A stretch of 54,960 bases of DNA from positions 1 to 54,960 of the forward strand of contig DAIEPO010000001.1 of the NCBI GenBank assembly GCA_027348385.1, written 5' to 3'. Positions 43,460 to 52,780 of this stretch are shown here, piece after piece. Source of the DNA: a bacterium (GTDB lineage Bacteria > Patescibacteriota > Doudnabacteria > UBA920 > VMFF01). Every line of letters begins with the position of its first letter. The first letter of the stretch is position 1. The notes below the pieces were generated by a model. The model saw nothing but the letters and a program-made list of their open reading frames with translations. It did not search any database and was not told where the DNA came from. The translations under genes were made by a program, and so were the position numbers.

Positions 43460-46348
43460 TTAAACCACAAAATTAATTAGCCTTTCAGGCACAAACACTA
43501 TTTTCTTAACCTTCAAAGCTCCTATAGCATTGCGCACGGTTTCAATTTTTGAAGCTTCTTCCTTTACATCTTCCTCTGAAGATCCTCTGGCTATTGCAAG
43601 ATTTCCTCTAAACTTTCCATTAACCTGGATAACATAGGAAGAAATTTGGCTTTCTAATTTTTTAGGATCAAAAGTTGGCCAAGGCTGGGTTGTAACGCTT
43701 CCTTTTCCAGAAAGCATTTTCCAAAACTCTTCGGCAATGTGTGGCGCAAACGGTGCTAGGGTAATAGCAAACTTTTTTAAGGTTTCTTTGGAAATACTTT
43801 CTCCTGAAACTGCATTGATAAATTCCATGAATGAAGAAACTGCGGTATTAAACTTCATTTCCCTAACAGCCTCTTCCACTCTTTTTATAACTCTTGCGAT
43901 TTCAAACAAGACTTTTTCTGAATCCTTGTTTTTTGAAGATACATTATCTGAAACTAAATACCAAGAACGCTGTAAGAAACGATATACACCGACAACACCT
44001 TTTTCGTTCCAAGAAATAGTTTGCTCATGTGGTCCTAGGAATAGCTCAAACATACGCAAGGTATCAGCGCCGTATTGTTTAATAATGGCATCTGGGTTTG
44101 CAACATTTCCTCTTGATTTGGACATTTTTTCACCATCTTCGCCAAGAATAATGCCGTGAGGCTGACGACGTTTGTATGGCTCACTCATTGGTACTAAACC
44201 CTGGTCAAACAAGAACTGATTCCAAAAACGAGAATACAAAAGATGTAAAGTGGTATGTTCCATGCCACCAAAATATATGTCTATTGGCAACCAATACTTT
44301 AAGCTCTTTAAATTAGCAAATTGTTTTTTGTTTTTAGGGTCTGCATATCTTAAGAAGTACCAAGAACTTCCAGCCCATTGTGGCATGGTGTTAGTTTCTC
44401 TTTTTGCACTAGAACCGCATTTTGGACACTTTACATTAACCCAAGAATCAATGGCTGCAAGCGGTGATTCTCCAGTACCAGTTGGTTCATATTTCTTAAC
44501 CTTAGGGAGTTTAACAGGCAGTTCTTTTTCAGGAACAGGAACAGTTCCACAGTCCGGACAATGAATTAAAGGGATTGGTTCGCCCCAATACCTTTGTCTC
44601 GAAAAAACCCAATCACGAAGTTTGTAAGTGACTTTGCTATTTCCAAATTTTTCTGTAATTTTCTTTTTTGCTACTTCAAAATCTAAACCACTAAACTCGC
44701 CCGAATTTTGAAGCTTTCCTTTTTCATTCACAACCATGCGTATTGGTAACTGATATTTTTTTGCAAACTGCTCATCACGAAGGTCATGACTTGGCACAGC
44801 CATGATTGCACCAGTACCATATTGAGGCAAAACATAATCTGCAATCCAAACAGGGATCTCTTCTTTAGTTGCTGGATTAATAACCTTAAGACCTTTAAGC
44901 TCCACCCCTGTTTTTTCTTTATCAGTTGCCAAGCGAATTATTTCATTTTTTTTCTTAGTATCTTCAACATATTGTTCAATTTCATTTTTGTTATCCGATT
45001 TTTTCATTCGACTTTGGACATAAGGGCTCTCTGGTGCTAACACGACATAAGTAGCACCGAAAATAGTTTCTGGTCTTGTCGTAAAAACTTTTATATTTGG
45101 TAAAAGTTCATCAAGCAGCAATGGCTCTTTTTCCCCATTAAAGTGCGGGCTATTAGCAGCAACAATTTTACAATATGCGCCTAGATTGTCTGCTAAAATT
45201 TTCCCGTCTTCATGCGGAACTACAGAATCTGTTGAGTCTGAAATGACCCTGAAATAATCAGACTGTTTTTTTATTTTTCCATAATCAAAACCTTTTTGCA
45301 CAGCTTTTGTAACGGAATGTCGTGGTTTTCCATCTAAAAACTTACCTGTCGCAGGAGTTGCTACCAAAACAACTCCGTGCACTTTTATTCCTCGTTCGAG
45401 TAAACGTAGAGCAACCACCCCACCCATTGAATGACCAACTATTACCGTCCCTTCATCTAAATCGTAATTACTTTGAACATAATTCGCTTGTTCTTCATCG
45501 TCCGGCTCTGGAATACCCGGCATTTGCGGAACTTCCACTTTGAAGCCACGCTTTTCCAATTCTTTTTTTAGCCAGGGGTAAAAATTATTATCAGGTGTGC
45601 TAGCTCTGCCGTGTAAAATTATGAATTTTTTTACTCGTGGATTAACCACGGGGAACTCAATCTCAGCACCCTCACTCCTACCAATCCAATTTTCTTGCTG
45701 TAATTTAACAGCTTCTGGCCAATCTAAGGATTGAAGGCCATCTATTAACTTTTGAGCATACTTTGTAATCCTTAAATACCACTGACGCATTTCTTTCTTT
45801 TCAACAACAGTGCCGCAGCGCTCACACTTTCCATCAACGACTTCTTCATTAGCAAGCCCAGTTTTGTCCTTAGGACACCAATTAATTAAAGATTCTGCTT
45901 CGTATGCCAAGCCTTTTTTAAAAAACTGTAAGAAAATCCACTGGGTCCATTTGTAATAGTTTGGATCTGTGGTATTTACTTCTCTGGACCAATCAAAACT
46001 TAAACCAAGGGAGTTAATCTGTTTTTTGAAGTTCTTAATGTTCTGTTTAGTAGAAACTTCTGGCTGTACGCCCATTTTAATGGCGTAGTTTTCAGCAGGT
46101 AATCCAAAAGCATCCCAACCTAAAGGAAACATTACTTCATTGCCTTGAGCTCTTAAAAACCTTGATGTAACGTCTGCTGCTACGTATGAGCGAAGATGCC
46201 CGGTGTGTAAACCAGCACCGGACGGATATGGAAATTCAACTAAAATATATTTTTTGGGTTTCTTTGAAAAATTCTTTGAATGATAAACCTTTTTCAAAGA
46301 CCAAAATTTCTGCCATTTTTTCTCTATTTTTCCAGGAGTATATTTCAT
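43460..46348 (-). CDS. leuS: leucyl-tRNA synthetase with an inserted RBBP9/YdeN-type alpha/beta serine hydrolase domain
   Basis: 962 aa. Motifs: HIGH (HTGH), KMSKS, the CP1 motifs VFTTRPETIFGATY and GTGAIMAVPSHDLRD, and Zn Cys pairs. About 180 extra residues (aa 238-418) carry GHSMGG, STDSVVP and PHF. Confidence 0.93.
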   Translation of the reverse strand: MKYTPGKIEKKWQKFWSLKKVYHSKNFSKKPKKYILVEFPYPSGAGLHTGHLRSYVAADVTSRFLRAQGNEVMFPLGWDAFGLPAENYAIKMGVQPEVSTKQNIKNFKKQINSLGLSFDWSREVNTTDPNYYKWTQWIFLQFFKKGLAYEAESLINWCPKDKTGLANEEVVDGKCERCGTVVEKKEMRQWYLRITKYAQKLIDGLQSLDWPEAVKLQQENWIGRSEGAEIEFPVVNPRVKKFIILHGRASTPDNNFYPWLKKELEKRGFKVEVPQMPGIPEPDDEEQANYVQSNYDLDEGTVIVGHSMGGVVALRLLERGIKVHGVVLVATPATGKFLDGKPRHSVTKAVQKGFDYGKIKKQSDYFRVISDSTDSVVPHEDGKILADNLGAYCKIVAANSPHFNGEKEPLLLDELLPNIKVFTTRPETIFGATYVVLAPESPYVQSRMKKSDNKNEIEQYVEDTKKKNEIIRLATDKEKTGVELKGLKVINPATKEEIPVWIADYVLPQYGTGAIMAVPSHDLRDEQFAKKYQLPIRMVVNEKGKLQNSGEFSGLDFEVAKKKITEKFGNSKVTYKLRDWVFSRQRYWGEPIPLIHCPDCGTVPVPEKELPVKLPKVKKYEPTGTGESPLAAIDSWVNVKCPKCGSSAKRETNTMPQWAGSSWYFLRYADPKNKKQFANLKSLKYWLPIDIYFGGMEHTTLHLLYSRFWNQFLFDQGLVPMSEPYKRRQPHGIILGEDGEKMSKSRGNVANPDAIIKQYGADTLRMFELFLGPHEQTISWNEKGVVGVYRFLQRSWYLVSDNVSSKNKDSEKVLFEIARVIKRVEEAVREMKFNTAVSSFMEFINAVSGESISKETLKKFAITLAPFAPHIAEEFWKMLSGKGSVTTQPWPTFDPKKLESQISSYVIQVNGKFRGNLAIARGSSEEDVKEEASKIETVRNAIGALKVKKIVFVPERLINFVV

Positions 46349-46351
46349 GAT

Positions 46352-46753
46352 CTAAATCTTTCTCTTTGGGCGAATGACCATACCAGCAAAAGCATTAATA
46401 AGGATTGCTAAAACAGACATATATATTAAACCAACGACATAGATATATGCAGGATCAGTCTGCAAAGTATCAAGTCTTGAATATATTACCCACAAAGCAA
46501 CTAACAATGTGTAAACGTATGAGCTTTGTCTAAAATGATACTTCCACTTAAAGTCTCTATGGTCTTCTAAAGTAATTACTGCAAAATTACCGATCAAAAG
46601 AAAAACACCACCTATAACCACTAGCAGAGATAGGTATGAGGTGTTTGGATGCCAAAGAGTTCCTAAATCAGTACCATACGCAATTAAAAATGTATCGACA
46701 ATTGCAATTGGGAATACAAAAAAAAGATAGAATATTGGAGTGAGTTTTTTCAT
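46352..46753 (-). CDS. small multi-pass membrane protein
   Basis: The ORF track starts at 46813, overlapping tatD. I start at Met21 (MKKLTPIFYLFFVF...), which removes the overlap. About 4 TM segments. Confidence 0.55.
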   Translation of the reverse strand: MKKLTPIFYLFFVFPIAIVDTFLIAYGTDLGTLWHPNTSYLSLLVVIGGVFLLIGNFAVITLEDHRDFKWKYHFRQSSYVYTLLVALWVIYSRLDTLQTDPAYIYVVGLIYMSVLAILINAFAGMVIRPKRKI

Positions 46754-46757
46754 AGCT

Positions 46758-47591
46758 TTAAACTTTAAAAAGTGCTTTTGCGTTTGAAGTTGTTTGTTTA
46801 CAAACTTCCTCAAAACTTAAACCCTTAACTTCTGCAATATATCTTGCAACATACTCAACATAATTTGGCTGGTTTCTTTTGCCACGATATGGTGCTGGTG
46901 CAAGGTAAGGCGCATCTGTCTCTAAGACTATGCGCTCTAGTGGGCAATTTTTCACAACCTCTTTTAAAACCCCGCTTTTATCAAAGGTAATTATACCATT
47001 TAGACCAATGTATCCGCCAAGCTCTAAAAACTTCTCTGCAATGCCCCAATTGCTTGTGAAGCTATGTATTTCAAAGCGTGAGGGTTTTTCCAACCTTAAT
47101 ATCTCTAAAATATCTTCATAGGCATCACTTGAATCCTTCTGAGTACGGCAATGAATGACCAGCGCTTTATCAAGCTCTTTCGCTAATTTTATCTGCTGCA
47201 AGAAAGCTTCTTTCTGAATTGTCTTAACTTCTTCCAAAGTCTTATCCTCTGGCAGACGATAGTAATCAAGACCACATTCCCCTATACCAACTACTTTAGG
47301 GTCTTCTGCCAGTGCTTTGTAATATGCATAATCAAACTCTTCTTCACGACTTATGAAATGCGACTCCTCTTCGTCAACGTCTTGGGAAATAGTATGCACT
47401 GGATGCAGACCAACAACCGCATAAACATTATCAAATTCTTTTGCTAGATCAAAAGCTTTCTTGGAAGTATCTTTTTGTGTACCAACGTTATTAACAATCA
47501 CAGCGGCTTGCTGTGCTTGTTTGATTATTTCTTTATAGTCTTCTTTAAACGCAGCAAGATTAACATGCGCGTGAGTATCATACAGATTCAT
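46758..47591 (-). CDS. tatD: TatD-family metal-dependent hydrolase
   Basis: 277 aa; YDTHAHVN, GECGLDY, IHCR and ETDAPYL. Confidence 0.9.
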   Translation of the reverse strand: MNLYDTHAHVNLAAFKEDYKEIIKQAQQAAVIVNNVGTQKDTSKKAFDLAKEFDNVYAVVGLHPVHTISQDVDEEESHFISREEEFDYAYYKALAEDPKVVGIGECGLDYYRLPEDKTLEEVKTIQKEAFLQQIKLAKELDKALVIHCRTQKDSSDAYEDILEILRLEKPSRFEIHSFTSNWGIAEKFLELGGYIGLNGIITFDKSGVLKEVVKNCPLERIVLETDAPYLAPAPYRGKRNQPNYVEYVARYIAEVKGLSFEEVCKQTTSNAKALFKV

Positions 47592-48189
47592 TTGGTTGTT
47601 CTAGTTTCTTTTTAAATTTTACTAAAAACCTTCTGCCCATAACTTCGGCATGGGTATAAACACGACTTGCATGGATATTATATTGGGCTATCTCTTTTTT
47701 CCATTTCTCTTCATCGTCCTGTGTGACTAAATCGACAATTTCAAAACCCTGTTTATCTAATATCCCAGGGAGCTCATCAAGATTAAATGTCGCCGCTTTA
47801 GGAGTCAAAGTTTCCGCGACTACTATTTGTCCATTGTCAGAAAGAATTCTTTTTAACTCAGGAAACAACTCTAACTTCAAACTTTGATTTCTTGAAGGCT
47901 CTCCAAAAAGATTCCCTACATATACTTCATCAATTGAACCATCCGCGATTGGCAAACTTCTACCGTCTGCTTCTACAAAATGAAAATTGTTTGGATATTG
48001 AACATTGTTCAGATGCTGATTTATATCAACTCCGACATACATTTCATCTGCAGGGATTTCTTTTAAACCTGTTTCGGGAAAAGGAAAGACAAAGTTACCC
48101 AAATCGAGATATATTTTACGTGGCTTTAAACCACGCTTCTCTCTTTCAGAGACAATCCGATTATATTGATTACGATTCTCTGGCATCAT
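47578..48189 (-). CDS. putative class I SAM-dependent methyltransferase
   Basis: 203 aa; YLDLG..., VGVDIN, ADGSIDEVYVGN and LKRILSDNGQIVV resemble methyltransferase motifs I, II and post-II. Weak. Confidence 0.5.
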   Translation of the reverse strand: MMPENRNQYNRIVSEREKRGLKPRKIYLDLGNFVFPFPETGLKEIPADEMYVGVDINQHLNNVQYPNNFHFVEADGRSLPIADGSIDEVYVGNLFGEPSRNQSLKLELFPELKRILSDNGQIVVAETLTPKAATFNLDELPGILDKQGFEIVDLVTQDDEEKWKKEIAQYNIHASRVYTHAEVMGRRFLVKFKKKLEQPNESV

Positions 48190-48191
48190 GG

Positions 48192-49619
48192 CTATTCTAC
48201 CCTCGGAAAAAGTGGTTCAATTTTAGTTATTGCGTCGCTTTCGAAAGCTTTACGGATTTTTTCAGCAGTTTGGGGCATGAAAGGAGCAATGGACAACCCA
48301 ATGAGTTTAACTTCAGCACCAAGTACTGACAAGACCGCTTCTAACTTTTCTTTGTTAACATCATCTTTTGCTAAATCCCAAGGCTTTGTTTCATCGATAT
48401 ATTGGTTCGCCCAAGCGATTGCTTCCCAAATTCTTGCTAATGCTTCATGGAAACGAAAACCCTCAATCATTTCAACAACGCCCCCTAACTTATCATGCGG
48501 TTCTACAATATTTGGTATTTCACCATGCGAATACTTTTCAATCATGTTAGTCAAACGAGAGACTAAATTACCTAAACCATTGGCTAAATCCCCGTCATAT
48601 CTTGCTTTGATCTTTTCTTCTGAAACATCACCATCTTGTCCAAAAGCAATTTCTCTCATCAAGAAATATCTTACGGCATCACTGCCGTATTTAGTAACCC
48701 AGTCATTTGGATCAATTACATTTCCAATACTCTTACTTATCTTCTGGTTGTTCGCGGTTAAATATCCATGTGCGACAACACCGCCTGGCATTTCAATACC
48801 CGCTGCTAAAAGCAAAGCTGGCCAGATAATACAATGGAATTTGATAATGTCTTTACCAACAACATGCCATTTTGCCGGCCAATATTTTTTAAACAGTTCT
48901 TTATCGCCATGGTATCCAACACCTGATATGTAATTTATTAAAGCATCAACCCAAACATAGACTGTCTGATTTTCATCCCAAGGTAATGCAATGCCCCACT
49001 TAACATTTGGCCTGCTGATGGCAATATCGTTAAATCCTTGGGAAAGCAAACTTAAAACTTCCCTGCGATGTGCTTCTGGCCAAATCTTGAACTCGTCTTT
49101 CTCAATCTTTTCTTTAATCTTCTCTGTAAAATTGGAAACTTTAAAAAACCAGTTTTTTTCTCTGATTAGTTCTGGCTTTGTTTGGTGCTCTGGACAAAGA
49201 CCGTTTACTAAATCTTTTTCAGTTAAAAAAGCTTCGTGTCCAGTACAGTACAAACCAGAATATTCTGCCTCATAGAGGAATCCATTTTCTTTGATCTTCT
49301 TTAAAATATCAGCAACAGTTGCTAAATGATCAGGGTCTGTTGTGCGAATAAAACGGTCAAAAGAAAGATCAAGATTTTTCCAAGCATCTTCAAAATACTT
49401 GTAAGTTTGATCAGCAAAAGCTTGAGGTTCTAAGCCTTGTGCTTTGGCATAGTCTGCTATCTTTGCACCATGTTCGTCTGTACCTGTTAAAAAGAAAACC
49501 TGCTCTGCATTAAAACGGTGCAAACGAGCTAAAACATCAGCAGCCACCTTTTCGTAAGAGTGGCCAATGTGTGGTTTCCCATTTATATAGTCTATGGCTG
49601 TGGTAATGTAATACTTCAT
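48192..49619 (-). CDS. metG: methionyl-tRNA synthetase, short form
   Basis: 475 aa; the HIGH region PHIGHSYE and KISKSIGN (KMSKS). No C-terminal EMAPII-like domain. Confidence 0.93.
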   Translation of the reverse strand: MKYYITTAIDYINGKPHIGHSYEKVAADVLARLHRFNAEQVFFLTGTDEHGAKIADYAKAQGLEPQAFADQTYKYFEDAWKNLDLSFDRFIRTTDPDHLATVADILKKIKENGFLYEAEYSGLYCTGHEAFLTEKDLVNGLCPEHQTKPELIREKNWFFKVSNFTEKIKEKIEKDEFKIWPEAHRREVLSLLSQGFNDIAISRPNVKWGIALPWDENQTVYVWVDALINYISGVGYHGDKELFKKYWPAKWHVVGKDIIKFHCIIWPALLLAAGIEMPGGVVAHGYLTANNQKISKSIGNVIDPNDWVTKYGSDAVRYFLMREIAFGQDGDVSEEKIKARYDGDLANGLGNLVSRLTNMIEKYSHGEIPNIVEPHDKLGGVVEMIEGFRFHEALARIWEAIAWANQYIDETKPWDLAKDDVNKEKLEAVLSVLGAEVKLIGLSIAPFMPQTAEKIRKAFESDAITKIEPLFPRVE

Positions 49620-49621
49620 AG

Positions 49622-50647
49622 TTATGCTCTGCTTTTAAGGGTTTCCCATTCTTCAATGATAACCTGGATTACAGCAACCACAGGCACTGCCAGCAAGATT
49701 CCAAAGATTCCCGCAAGCTTAAAACCAATTAATATTGCAAGCAAAATAACTAGTGGGGAAACACCAACAGTTTTTTGCATGATCTTAGGAACTAAAACAT
49801 ATCCTTCAATCTTTGACAGCACTATATACATAATCATTACAACAACCGCTAGAGTTGGACTTTGTAAGAAAGCAAAGAAGATAGCAGGAATTGCCGCAAC
49901 AAATGGACCAATGTATGGAATGAGTTCAAAGAAACCACTTAAAATTGCCAAAACTAATGCATATTTAATTCCCAAGACTGTCAAAGCAATAAAAGTGATT
50001 GCAAAAATAATCGCAGAAACAATAATCTGACCAATCATCCAAAGTCCGATCTTTTTTTGTATTCTTGTAACAATGTGTAAAATCTTTGGTTGACTTTCCT
50101 TTGGCGCAAGGGTGTATACGAAGTTCTTCATGCCGTTTTTTTCAGCTAGCAAATAGAAGGAAACAACTAAAACCGTAACTATTTCTATGAAACCGTTGAA
50201 AACACCAAGAGTTCTGCTAAAAAAGTTTTCTGAAAGCGCGTTAAATTGATTTGCCAAAGATTGAACATTCTTACTAACAATCTCTGTAAGATTAAACTCT
50301 CTTAAGAAACTGTTCGGTCCAATCTTATTAGAAATTTCACTTGCAAGAAAATCATTGTTTGTCACTTGCTGAAATTGTTGAACAACCGGAGGTGTTACCA
50401 AAAAACCAATTAAAACTACAAAAGCCAGAGCAACTATATATACTGCAACAACGCTGACGCTTCTTGGAATACGCCATTGCAAAAGCATCTCAACCAAAGG
50501 TTCAAGTGCTGACGCTAGGGTTATTGAAATCAAAAGCAAAATTAAAATATCCTTGATTGTCCATGCAAAAAACAGGATCAAACCAAGGATTGTGATCTTT
50601 ACAAGAGTTGATGTAGCTAAGCTAATATCTGTGTCTCTGTTAAACAT
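49622..50647 (-). CDS. AI-2E/PerM-family (UPF0118) membrane transporter
   Basis: 341 aa; 7-8 TM segments; IPYIGPFVAAIP motif region. Confidence 0.75.
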   Translation of the reverse strand: MFNRDTDISLATSTLVKITILGLILFFAWTIKDILILLLISITLASALEPLVEMLLQWRIPRSVSVVAVYIVALAFVVLIGFLVTPPVVQQFQQVTNNDFLASEISNKIGPNSFLREFNLTEIVSKNVQSLANQFNALSENFFSRTLGVFNGFIEIVTVLVVSFYLLAEKNGMKNFVYTLAPKESQPKILHIVTRIQKKIGLWMIGQIIVSAIIFAITFIALTVLGIKYALVLAILSGFFELIPYIGPFVAAIPAIFFAFLQSPTLAVVVMIMYIVLSKIEGYVLVPKIMQKTVGVSPLVILLAILIGFKLAGIFGILLAVPVVAVIQVIIEEWETLKSRA

Positions 50648-50654
50648 TAAACTC

Positions 50655-51506
50655 TTACTTTCTAAGCTTCTTTAATAGCTTGATATCCTCTCTCACTTTA
50701 TCATGTTCTGTCTCCAAAATCAAAAGCTTTTGCTGCTTATCTTTCTTCTCTAAAGACTTGAAAAATGAGAGAATTTCAGTAAAACCTTTTTTACCAATTA
50801 AACCCTCGTCGATGTGTTCATGGCGATCTTTGCGACTTCCAAGTTCAACCTTCGAGTCATTGAAATGCGACATTCGTAAATACTTTAAACCAATCTTTTT
50901 ATCAAAATCCTCAAAAGTTTTTTTAACTGCCTTCTTGTCTCTTAAGTCATAACCACTGGCAAAAGCATGCTGCGTGTCAAAACAAATACCACCAAAGGTT
51001 TTGTATTGCTTTAACGCCTTAACAAATCTTGCAAGCTCTTCAAAGCTATCACCAATAACTTGACCTGCTCCCGCTGAAATTTCAAGCAAAAACAAGGTCT
51101 TTCCTTTGTAACCATCCAAAACTTTTTTAAGACCTTTGATGACTTGTGCTTCGCCTTGTTTTTGACCAAGATCTTTGAAACTTCCCAAGTGTACCATTAA
51201 ATATGAAGCGCCAAGTAAACTTGCTCGTTCTAATTCTTCTCTGACTAGAGAAATTGAACCATAGAATGTTCTGTTGTTTGAACTGCCAAAATTTATGAAA
51301 TATGGCGCATGCACAACAAAATATTCAAAGCCGTATTTCTTCATCTCTGACTTGAATTCTTTTAAAACGCTCTTTGTTAATTCTGGAGCTTTGCCACCCT
51401 GAGGTGAACGTGTAAAAATCTGAAATGTCTCGCAACCCAAATCATGTGCGCGTTGTGGTGCATTAACAACTCCTCCAGCAATGGATACGTGTGCGCCTAT
51501 CTTCAT
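50655..51506 (-). CDS. nfo: endonuclease IV
   Basis: 283 aa; MKIGAHVSIAGG and the HAPY..N, HLG, DTQH and RHEHIDEG metal ligands. Confidence 0.9.
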   Translation of the reverse strand: MKIGAHVSIAGGVVNAPQRAHDLGCETFQIFTRSPQGGKAPELTKSVLKEFKSEMKKYGFEYFVVHAPYFINFGSSNNRTFYGSISLVREELERASLLGASYLMVHLGSFKDLGQKQGEAQVIKGLKKVLDGYKGKTLFLLEISAGAGQVIGDSFEELARFVKALKQYKTFGGICFDTQHAFASGYDLRDKKAVKKTFEDFDKKIGLKYLRMSHFNDSKVELGSRKDRHEHIDEGLIGKKGFTEILSFFKSLEKKDKQQKLLILETEHDKVREDIKLLKKLRK

Positions 51507-51508
51507 GG

Positions 51509-52780
51509 CTATATCTTTAATTCTTTTTCAAAAGAATTCTTTTCTTTAAATGGCCCGATTATGGCTAGACTCATATTCTGCTCTTGAAATATTTCTTTAG
51601 CAAGTTTCTGAATGTCTTTTACACTAACCTTTTCCATTTCAACAAGAAAACTTTCTATGCTTTTTACTTTGCCCGTGAATGCAAAATGATCCATAAACCA
51701 ATCAAGGTTTCGGTGTCTGTTTTCAAAAGCCAAGGCAAGCTTTCCACGAATGAAATCTTTAGCTCGCTTTAATTCTTTTACACTCACGGAAGTATTTTTA
51801 ACATCTTTTAATTGGTTTAATATTTCAATTAAAGCACTTTTAGCTTTTTCAACTTGAAGCCCCGCATGAATCGTAAAATTACCAGTATCATGATATGGCG
51901 TGTTTGCAGCAGAAATATGGTATGCTAAACCCCTTTTTTCTCGAATCTCAACAAAAAGTCTAGAACTCATATTACCCCCTAAAACATTGGCTAAAAGCAT
52001 TAGAGCAGGATTTTTCTTTGAAACATGATCAAAACTTTTAAAGCCTAAGGCAAAGTGTGCTTGCTGTGTATCTTTGTAAATGACTGTAAGGTTTGGTTTA
52101 TTCTGCTTTGTTTCTTTGTGCTTATGTTTTGGAGTTTTTTTATTCTTTAACTTACCCCAAGTATTTTCAATTTTCTTTAAAGCTTCTTTGGTGTCAAAGT
52201 TTCCGCTAATGCCTAAAATGATGTTTGAGGGTTGGTAAAAAGAATTTTTGTATTTTAAAACACTAGAGCGTTGCATTTTTTGAATGCTTCGTCTGGTACC
52301 AAGTATTTCCCAGCCAAGTGTTGATTCTGGCCACATTATTTTTTCCAGATGATTTTCAACCTGACTTGCTGGTATATCTTCATACTGATTTATCTCCTCT
52401 ACAACCACACCCTTTTCTTTGTTTAACTCCTCTTCCTTGAAAAGCGGATTTAAAACCATGTCTGAAAGGACATCAAAGATTAAATTAAAATGATGTTTTT
52501 CTGCTTTAATGTAAAACTCAGTTGCTTCTTTAGAAGTTGAGGCATTAAAGTCTCCACCTATTGCATCTACAATCTGGGAGATATCTGTAGGCTTGGGATA
52601 TTTTTTACTGCCCTTGAAAAAAACATGCTCTAAGAAATGCGAGACTCCTGAAACCTCTTTAGTTTCATACCTGCTACCCACTTTAACCAGTATTGTAAAA
52701 AGCACTGACTTTGAGTCAGGCAAGTTTACTAGAAGCACATTTAAACCGTTTTTTAAAGTTTTGTGTGTTAATTGCATCAA
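51509..52780 (-). CDS. M16-family (pitrilysin/insulinase-like) zinc peptidase
   Basis: 423 aa; inverted zinc motif HFLEH followed by FKGS. Confidence 0.88.
   Translation of the reverse strand: MMQLTHKTLKNGLNVLLVNLPDSKSVLFTILVKVGSRYETKEVSGVSHFLEHVFFKGSKKYPKPTDISQIVDAIGGDFNASTSKEATEFYIKAEKHHFNLIFDVLSDMVLNPLFKEEELNKEKGVVVEEINQYEDIPASQVENHLEKIMWPESTLGWEILGTRRSIQKMQRSSVLKYKNSFYQPSNIILGISGNFDTKEALKKIENTWGKLKNKKTPKHKHKETKQNKPNLTVIYKDTQQAHFALGFKSFDHVSKKNPALMLLANVLGGNMSSRLFVEIREKRGLAYHISAANTPYHDTGNFTIHAGLQVEKAKSALIEILNQLKDVKNTSVSVKELKRAKDFIRGKLALAFENRHRNLDWFMDHFAFTGKVKSIESFLVEMEKVSVKDIQKLAKEIFQEQNMSLAIIGPFKEKNSFEKELKI

Noticed and set aside
45095-45637. Intein as an explanation of the LeuRS insertion
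   Set aside because: There is no Cys/Ser/Thr at an N-splice junction, no terminal His-Asn followed by Cys/Ser/Thr, and no endonuclease motifs. The insert instead has alpha/beta hydrolase motifs.
48166-48933. 255-aa plus-strand ORF antisense to metG
   Set aside because: It is long, but it is fully contained in the well-supported MetRS gene. Its Ser/Pro/Leu-rich low-complexity sequence has no motifs or translation signals. I treat it as a shadow frame.
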